64,000 bases of DNA from Promicromonospora sp. GTDB lineage: Bacteria; Actinomycetota; Actinomycetes; Actinomycetales; Cellulomonadaceae. Below are positions 57,949-64,000 of the stretch, in pieces (the first letter of the stretch is position 1; each line of letters starts with the position of its first letter). The DNA lies in assembly GCA_036010205.1 (NCBI GenBank), contig DATGOB010000251.1:844-64843 (forward strand), read 5' to 3'. A program made the translations under genes and the position numbers. Under the pieces are notes generated by a model. It ran no database searches and was not told the origin of the DNA. It was given only the letters and a program-made list of their open reading frames with translations.

Positions 57949-59223
57949 TCACCGGCGCGTGCCGGCCATCCACTCCCAGACGTGCCGCCCACGGTGCCGC
58001 GGGTCGTTGCGCGCCACGTAGATCCACGACCAGTGCCCCGGGTAGGTGTTCCCGTCCCGTGTCACGCTGTCGTACAGGCTCAGGATCGAGCCGTCGATCC
58101 GCTCGTGCGCGTACACGGTGTTGTCCTCGGGGTCCAGCGTCGTGTCGTCGGCCGAGGCGACCAGCCACGTCGGCGTCGTCATCGCCGCGAGCTCGTCGTC
58201 CGAGACGAAGTACGGGCCCGACCCGTCGCGCGGGCCGATGCCGCAGCAGATCGGCACGGACGTCGCGAACACCTCGGGGTGCTCGGCGACCATCTTGAGC
58301 GACATGTAACCGCCGTTCGAGCAGCCGACCACGTGGATCCGGCGCCGGTCGATCCGGTGCCGTGCCACGACCTCCTCGATCGCCTCGGCGATCCGGGGCG
58401 CGTAGCCGTCGCCGTCGTCCATCCAGGCCGACGTCGCCTGCGGCGCGAGCACGTAGGCGCCACCGAACAGACGCTGCGCCTCGGGGGTCGCGAAGCCGAG
58501 CGCGCCGCGGTTGGCCCGCAGGGTCGCCTCGTTGTCGTAGTAGTCGTGCCCGTCGACGAGCAGCCCGCCCTCGCCGCCCCCGTGCAACCACACGACCAGC
58601 GCGGCGCCGTGCCGCCCGCCGCCGCTCCTGGGTGAGAACAACCGGTAGTTCATGCCCGACGCCGTCGCGTGGTAGCTGAACGCGTCCACCTCCGGGTCGG
58701 TCAGCCTGCCCTCGCGGAACCGGTCCAGGACCACCTGCCCGCCGGGCCCGCGCAGCGGCTCCGACTGGGTGACCGTGTGCTCCAGCTCGAGCAGCACGTT
58801 GCGGCTGTACGCGCCCACGTACTGGAGCGTGTCGCCGCCCGGCACCTGCCACCCGTGCTCGAGGTCGAGCACCACCTCGCCCCGCGGGGTCCAGCGGGCG
58901 CCCGTGACCACGCGGTCCTGCTCGTACGCGAGCTCGCCGGTCACCGGGTTGGTGGCCCGGACGTGCACCGTGAACGTCGACGGTGTCAGGGACGCGCGCC
59001 GCACCCCGTGCAGGGCGCGCGACGAGAGCACGAGCGAGGTCACCTGCTCGCCGCTGTCGAGCACCTCGGCGACGGGCGTCACCAGGGCGTCGCGGTGGCC
59101 GCGCGGGGTGCCGGCGGGATCCCGGGGGGCGGCGCTCGCGGTCGGGACCCCCAGCAGGGCGGAGGCGCCCAGGGCGGCGCCGGAGGCGAGCAGGGTACGG
59201 CGGGTCACGGGCGTGCTGCGCAT
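57949..59223 (-). CDS. Tat-exported alpha/beta-hydrolase (esterase/PHB-depolymerase-like)
   Basis: TRRTLL Tat motif; LVVWLHGGGEGG, GCSNGG nucleophile elbow, C-terminal GHWSW. Confidence 0.82.
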   Translation of the reverse strand: MRSTPVTRRTLLASGAALGASALLGVPTASAAPRDPAGTPRGHRDALVTPVAEVLDSGEQVTSLVLSSRALHGVRRASLTPSTFTVHVRATNPVTGELAYEQDRVVTGARWTPRGEVVLDLEHGWQVPGGDTLQYVGAYSRNVLLELEHTVTQSEPLRGPGGQVVLDRFREGRLTDPEVDAFSYHATASGMNYRLFSPRSGGGRHGAALVVWLHGGGEGGLLVDGHDYYDNEATLRANRGALGFATPEAQRLFGGAYVLAPQATSAWMDDGDGYAPRIAEAIEEVVARHRIDRRRIHVVGCSNGGYMSLKMVAEHPEVFATSVPICCGIGPRDGSGPYFVSDDELAAMTTPTWLVASADDTTLDPEDNTVYAHERIDGSILSLYDSVTRDGNTYPGHWSWIYVARNDPRHRGRHVWEWMAGTRR

Positions 59224-59324
59224 GGCGGAACTCCTTCGTTCGGTGCCGGGCCACCGGGGAGGCTATGGCGGCGGGGGGTGAACGTCAACGCTCCCGGCGC
59301 GAGTCGGTTGCCTCGGGCATGCGC

Positions 59325-59777
59325 TCAGCCGCCCAGGTGACCGGGGAGGCGGGCGAGAACCCGCTCGTGCGCCACCCGGGCCTGGCGGGCCATGTACCCG
59401 ACCACCGCGAGGGGCGCCGTCACGTGCGTGGTCTCGGTGAGGATGGCGCCGTCGCCGTCGCCGTCGGGTGCGGCCTGGGTGGTCGTGCGCAGCGTGCAGC
59501 CGGGGGCGGCGCGCACCGCCGTCACCATCGTGCGCGCGTCGGGGCGCGCGACCCGCGCGCCGAAGCGCAACCGGTAGCGCAGGGGGCCGAGCGGCGGACG
59601 TTCGACCACGCGCCAGTCCTGCCACGGGCCGTCCGGCCCGCTTCCTGTGCCGACGACCTGCGCCGACACGAAGAACGGGTGCAGGCCCGCGTGCCGGGTG
59701 AGGTCGGCGAGGGCGTCGATCGCGGCGTCCGGCGGGACCGGGACGCGGGCGGTCAACTCGAAGCGACGGGTGGCCAC
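59325..59777 (-). CDS. SRPBCC (polyketide cyclase/START-like) protein
   Basis: ALADLTRHAGLHPF...LTETTHVTAP...AHERVLARLP; GTG 59777. Confidence 0.7.
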   Translation of the reverse strand: MATRRFELTARVPVPPDAAIDALADLTRHAGLHPFFVSAQVVGTGSGPDGPWQDWRVVERPPLGPLRYRLRFGARVARPDARTMVTAVRAAPGCTLRTTTQAAPDGDGDGAILTETTHVTAPLAVVGYMARQARVAHERVLARLPGHLGG

Positions 59778-59784
59778 GGCACGA

Positions 59785-59837
59785 TTGTGCCAGGTTGTGC
59801 CGGGTTGTGCCGGGAGTGGTGCCGGGGGTTGTGGTGC
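59785..59837. repeat. 10-bp-period direct repeats in a divergent promoter region
   Basis: TTGTGCC at 59785, 59795, 59805, then two degenerate copies. Confidence 0.7.
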
Positions 59838-59964
59838 GGCGGACCCCGCCACGGTGTCCAGCGGGTGAAACGCGCCGCATGCCGCAGGTCCGCCGGGGCC
59901 GAAGTGACGCTACGGTACGGGGTGCCGACCGGCAGTCGTCCATGTCGACCCGAACGGAGCACCT

Positions 59965-61314
59965 GTGTCACGTGGCACCACCCGCACCCGTCGCACCATG
60001 ACAGCGCTTGCAGCGGCGGGGGTCGCGGCCGCTCTGGCCGGGTGTGCGACCGACGCAGGCAGCGGCGTGACCGCGGCGGCCGGCGTCTCGCCGCAGGACG
60101 TGTCGGCGGCGCTGGAGGCCGGCGGTGAACTGCTGGTGTGGGCCTGGGAGCCGACGCTGGAGCAGGTCGTCGAGGACTTCGAGGCCGAGTACCCGAACGT
60201 CGACGTCGAGCTGGCCAACGTCGGCACCGGCAACGACCACTACGTCGTCCTGCAGAACGCGATCAGCGCCGGGTCGGGCGTGCCGGACGTGGCGCAGGTC
60301 GAGTACTACGCGCTGCCGCAGTTCTCGATCTCGGGCTCGCTGGCCGACCTCGCCCCTTACGGGGCCGCCGGGCTGGGCGACACCTATTCGCCGGGCACGT
60401 GGAACGCCGTGACCGACGGCGACGCCGTGTACGGCCTGCCGATGGACTCCGGCCCGATGGCGCTGTTCTACAACGCGAAGACGTTCGAGGAGGCCGGCGT
60501 CGAGGTGCCGACCACCTGGGCGCAGTTCGTGGACGCGGCCCGGGCGATCCACGCCCACGACCCGGACACCTACATCCTCGCCGACAACGGCGACGCCGGG
60601 TTCACGACGTCGATGATCTGGCAGGCAGGCGGCCACCCGTTCCGTGTGGACGGCACGTCGGTCACCGTGGACCTCACCGACGAGGGGGCCACCCGGTTCG
60701 CGCAGCTGTGGCAGCAGCTCCTCGACGGCGATCTCGTCGCCGACATCCCGCAGTGGTCCGACGAGTGGTTCCAGCGGCTCGGCGACGGCACGATCGCGGC
60801 GCTCGTGACCGGCGCCTGGATGCCCGCCAACCTCGAGTCGGGCGCTCCCCAGGCCGCGGGGGACTGGCGGGTGGCGCCCATGCCGCAGTGGACCGAGGGC
60901 GCGAACGAGACCGCGGAGAACGGTGGCTCCTCGCTCGCGGTGACGGAGGCGAGCGACGCCAAGGCGCTGGCCTACGGGTTCGTGCAGTACGCCAACGCGG
61001 GTGACGGCGTGCGTGCCCGCCTCGACCAGGGGACCTTCCCCGCCACGACGGCTGACCTCGAGAGCCCCGAGTTCCTCGCCGAGGAGCCCGAGTACTTCGG
61101 CGGGCAGCGGATCAACGAGGTGCTCGCGGCCTCGGCGTCCGGCGTCGTCGAGGGCTGGCAGTACCTGCCCTACCAGGTCTACGCCAACAGCGTGTACTCC
61201 GACACCGTCGGCCAGGCCTACACGGGCTCGACGTCGCTCACCGTCGGGCTGCTCGCCTGGCAGCGCGCCATGACGACCTACGGCGCGAACCAGGGGTTCA
61301 CGGTCCAGGACTGA
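59965..61314 (+). CDS. ABC sugar-binding lipoprotein (no adjacent permeases)
   Basis: Lipobox ALAGC; VPDVAQVEYYALPQF, YGLPMDSGPMALFYN, GAWMPANL. Confidence 0.9.
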   Translation: MSRGTTRTRRTMTALAAAGVAAALAGCATDAGSGVTAAAGVSPQDVSAALEAGGELLVWAWEPTLEQVVEDFEAEYPNVDVELANVGTGNDHYVVLQNAISAGSGVPDVAQVEYYALPQFSISGSLADLAPYGAAGLGDTYSPGTWNAVTDGDAVYGLPMDSGPMALFYNAKTFEEAGVEVPTTWAQFVDAARAIHAHDPDTYILADNGDAGFTTSMIWQAGGHPFRVDGTSVTVDLTDEGATRFAQLWQQLLDGDLVADIPQWSDEWFQRLGDGTIAALVTGAWMPANLESGAPQAAGDWRVAPMPQWTEGANETAENGGSSLAVTEASDAKALAYGFVQYANAGDGVRARLDQGTFPATTADLESPEFLAEEPEYFGGQRINEVLAASASGVVEGWQYLPYQVYANSVYSDTVGQAYTGSTSLTVGLLAWQRAMTTYGANQGFTVQD

Positions 61315-62041
61315 TCGCCTCCTCCTGGAGCGCGGTGACCGCCCGGTCGAGCCACTCGGTGAGCAGCGTGCGCTCCGCGTCGGTGAGCGCCGGCAGCTCG
61401 GGCACGGCCGCCCGCGCGGCGACGGCCAGCGGCGCCAGGTCGGAGGCCGGGGGCGCCGGGTCCTGCGTGACGATGCCCCGCAGGGTGGTGTCGATGACCG
61501 CGTCCGCCAGGGCGAGGTCGCGCTCGGCCTCCGGCCGGGCGAGCAGTGTCAGCACGACGCCGTTGCCTGCGGCCTGGATCATCTGTACCGCCCGCTCCTG
61601 CGCGACGCGCAGCCGACCGGCCGCGGCGACCCGGGCGACCCGCGTCGCGAGCGCCTCGGTGCCCGCCACGGCAGCGGGGGAGTCCGCGTGCCGTCCGGGT
61701 GCGGCGAGCAGCACGAACAGGTCCGGGTTGGCCAGGCCGAAGTCGACGTGGGTGCGCCACGCGGTGCGCAGGACCTCGACCGGGTCGCCCTGCTCGTCGG
61801 CGACCTGCTGCGCCTTCCGCGTGACGTAGCGCGCGAGCACCTGCTCCGCGACGGACTCCATGAGCCCGTCCTTGTCGCCGAAGATCCGGAAGATCGTCGG
61901 GGCGGGCACACCGGCCCGCTGCGCGACGGCGCGCGTGGTCACCGCGTCGGCCCCGCGCTCTCGCAAGAGGTTCTCCGCCGCGTCGACGATGCGGGTGCGG
62001 GGCGACGTCTTCTCTGCCGGATCGTCTGCTGTCTCGACCAT
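61298..62041 (-). CDS. TetR family regulator
   Basis: VTTRAVAQRAGVPAPTIFRIFGDKDGL HTH. Confidence 0.92.
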   Translation of the reverse strand: MVETADDPAEKTSPRTRIVDAAENLLRERGADAVTTRAVAQRAGVPAPTIFRIFGDKDGLMESVAEQVLARYVTRKAQQVADEQGDPVEVLRTAWRTHVDFGLANPDLFVLLAAPGRHADSPAAVAGTEALATRVARVAAAGRLRVAQERAVQMIQAAGNGVVLTLLARPEAERDLALADAVIDTTLRGIVTQDPAPPASDLAPLAVAARAAVPELPALTDAERTLLTEWLDRAVTALQEEAISPGP

Positions 62042-62061
62042 GGATCGACGATATCAAGGTG

Positions 62062-62093
62062 ACGCTACCGGCGCTCCGGATCGGTGGTAGCGT
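62062..62093. promoter_or_regulatory. Putative TetR operator
   Basis: ACGCTACC-16nt-GGTAGCGT inverted repeat in the divergent spacer. Confidence 0.5.
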
Positions 62094-62130
62094 TGTGGAC
62101 GAAGCACCGATCCACCCACGGAGGAGAGCA

Positions 62131-63018
62131 ATGATCGTCGTCACCGGCGCCACCGGGCGCCTGGGTTCCCAGGTCGTCGAGCGGCTGCTCGAGCGCGTCC
62201 CCGCCGACGCGCTCGGCGTCAGCGTCCGCGACGCGGCGCAGGCCGCCCACCTCGCGGAGCGCGGCGTGCGCGTGCGCGAGGCCGACTTCACGCAGCCTGC
62301 GTCGCTCGCCACCGTGTTCGAGGGCGCCGACACCGTGCTCGTCGTGTCCCCGTCCATCGTCGGCGCGGAGGCATCGGCGGCAGGCAGGGCCGCCGTCGAC
62401 CACGCCGTCGCAGCGGGCGCGGGGCGCATCCTGTACACGAGCCACCAGGCGGCCTCGCCCGACTCGCAGTTCGCCGCGCAGCCGACGCACGCCGCCGTCG
62501 AGGAGCACCTGCGGACCGTGCCCGTGCCCACGGTCGCCCTGCGCCACGGGTTCTACACGAGCACGCTGGAGCGCTATGCCCCGGGTGCCCTGGAGACGGG
62601 TGAGCTGCGCGCTCCGGAGGACGGGCCGTTCTCCTGGACCGACCACGCCGACCTCGCGGAGGCCGACGCCGTCGCCCTGACCGAGGCACGCGGCCTCGAG
62701 GGCGTCACGCCGCCGCTGACCGCGCCCGACCTGCTCGACCTCGCCGACGTCGCGCGCGTGCTCACCGACCTCACCGGCCGCACGGTGCGCCGTGTGGTGG
62801 TCGACGACGAGGAGTGGGTCGTCGACCAGGTCGCCCTCGGTGTCCCGCGACCCGTCGCGGAGTTCGTGCTCGGCATGTTCCGCGCCGCGCGGAACGGGGA
62901 GTTCGCCGTCGCGGACCCGTTCCTCGAGGAGCTCGTCGGGCGGCGGCCGATCACGGTGCGCGAGAGCCTCGACCGGTTCGTCCGGACGCTGCCCGCGCCG
63001 TCCGGTTCAGCGGTGTGA
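62131..63018 (+). CDS. NmrA-like NAD(P)H-binding oxidoreductase (YtfG/QOR2-like)
   Basis: GGAGGAG RBS; IVVTGATGRLG Rossmann motif, LRHGFY. Confidence 0.9.
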   Translation: MIVVTGATGRLGSQVVERLLERVPADALGVSVRDAAQAAHLAERGVRVREADFTQPASLATVFEGADTVLVVSPSIVGAEASAAGRAAVDHAVAAGAGRILYTSHQAASPDSQFAAQPTHAAVEEHLRTVPVPTVALRHGFYTSTLERYAPGALETGELRAPEDGPFSWTDHADLAEADAVALTEARGLEGVTPPLTAPDLLDLADVARVLTDLTGRTVRRVVVDDEEWVVDQVALGVPRPVAEFVLGMFRAARNGEFAVADPFLEELVGRRPITVRESLDRFVRTLPAPSGSAV

Positions 63019-63453
63019 CGTGCGCGTGCCGCCGTCGCGGTGGGCGAGCGTGGCCAGCGCGTCCGTCCAGTGCCCCTCGGCGGCGGCCGCGTGCTGCTCG
63101 GTGTCGATGTTCTCCTGGACCACCGTGACCCGTGTGCCGCCGTCGTCGGGCTCGAGGAGGATGCGGATCTCGTGGTAGTTCTCCGGTACGTCCTCGAGGC
63201 CGCTCATCGGGGAGAAGTGCGTGAAGTGCAGCAGGCGCGGCCGGTCCACCGCGAGGACGCGACCCTTGTCGGCGAACACGCGGCCGAAGAAGTGACCCTC
63301 GAACGTGATGGGGCTGCCGGGGCGGTAGTCCGTCTCGATGTTCGCGCCGAGCACCCAGCGCGCGCCCGGGTGGGTGAGCTCGGCCCACACGCGGTCGGGC
63401 GGTTCGGCGATGTGCGTCGTCGCGGTGGCGGTGTGGCGCGGGGTGTCGGTCAT
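63007..63453 (-). CDS. SRPBCC/AHSA1-like protein
   Basis: PDRVWAELT, TDYRPGSPI, DKGRVLAVDRPRLL. Confidence 0.85.
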   Translation of the reverse strand: MTDTPRHTATATTHIAEPPDRVWAELTHPGARWVLGANIETDYRPGSPITFEGHFFGRVFADKGRVLAVDRPRLLHFTHFSPMSGLEDVPENYHEIRILLEPDDGGTRVTVVQENIDTEQHAAAAEGHWTDALATLAHRDGGTRTSHR

Positions 63454-63503
63454 CGCTGCCTCCGTGGTGCTCGTCCGCAACCGACCGTACCGCGCCCGCG
63501 CGG

Positions 63504-64000
63504 TCAGGGCCGGGCGTGCTCGTGCCAGCCCATGACGCTGCCCGCAAGGGCCGCGTCGGCCACCCGCTGCGCGAAAATGGTCGTGAGCCCGGCGCGCGAG
63601 CTGTCGATCCACGGCTGCACGTGCCGGTACCCGGCCGCGCGGTACTCCAGGGCCTGCAGCAGGCACTCGAGCAGGTCGGCGTCCTTGGCGCAGCGGGCCT
63701 CCGGCGTCGTGCGCTCCTCGTACTCCGCCACGGCGCCGGTCACCGTCCGCGCGGCGGCGTCGGGGAGCCGGGCGACCTGGTCACGCGTGACGGCCTCGTT
63801 GCCGGCCGTGCGCGCCACGTACGGGCGGGCGGAGTGCGGCAGGTCCGTCGTCCGGGTCTCCTGGGAGTCGTGCCACAGGCCGAGGTACGCCGCGCGTGCC
63901 GGGTCGGCGCCCTCCTCCGCGGCGATCAGGCCGGCGAGCTGCGCGACGCGCAGGCTGTGCTCGGCCACCGACTCCGGGTCCCGTACACCCACCTGCCACC
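63504..64000 (-). CDS. HD-domain hydrolase (YfbR-like), 5'-partial
   Basis: ESVAEHSLRV, LWHDSQETRTTD, AKDADLLE; the frame is open to the window edge. Confidence 0.85.
   Translation of the reverse strand, partial: WQVGVRDPESVAEHSLRVAQLAGLIAAEEGADPARAAYLGLWHDSQETRTTDLPHSARPYVARTAGNEAVTRDQVARLPDAAARTVTGAVAEYEERTTPEARCAKDADLLECLLQALEYRAAGYRHVQPWIDSSRAGLTTIFAQRVADAALAGSVMGWHEHARP

Overview
High-GC actinobacterial chromosomal DNA (Micrococcales/Cellulomonadaceae-like, judged from gene content only). I found no rRNA, tRNA, CRISPR array or transposase. About 60 real genes can be separated from many GC-rich shadow ORFs. There are three plant-glycan utilisation loci: (i) tandem LacI, GH51, ABC, YesL, GH31 and a second GH51 (3.1-15.4 kb); (ii) LacI, GH36, ABC and a secreted GH39-like/CBM enzyme (16.2-25.5 kb); (iii) LacI, ABC and a GH78 rhamnosidase (38.9-45.6 kb). 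Other content includes TetR/MarR-controlled redox modules with visible palindromic operators, a two-component system, secreted hydrolases, a decayed AbiE toxin-antitoxin pair, an HNH nuclease and a broken mycothiol-dependent isomerase gene. Two things stand out. First, four arrays of a 16-bp-period repeat (GGCGAGGTAGTCA/TGACTACCTCGCC) all lie between 15.38 and 26.33 kb and delimit cassette-like cargo segments. Second, a four-gene, translationally coupled operon (51.5-56.2 kb) encodes two unknown proteins, a stand-alone TPR protein and a separate caspase-like CHAT protease with an intact His/Cys dyad. All family calls come from motif recognition by eye; no database search was run.
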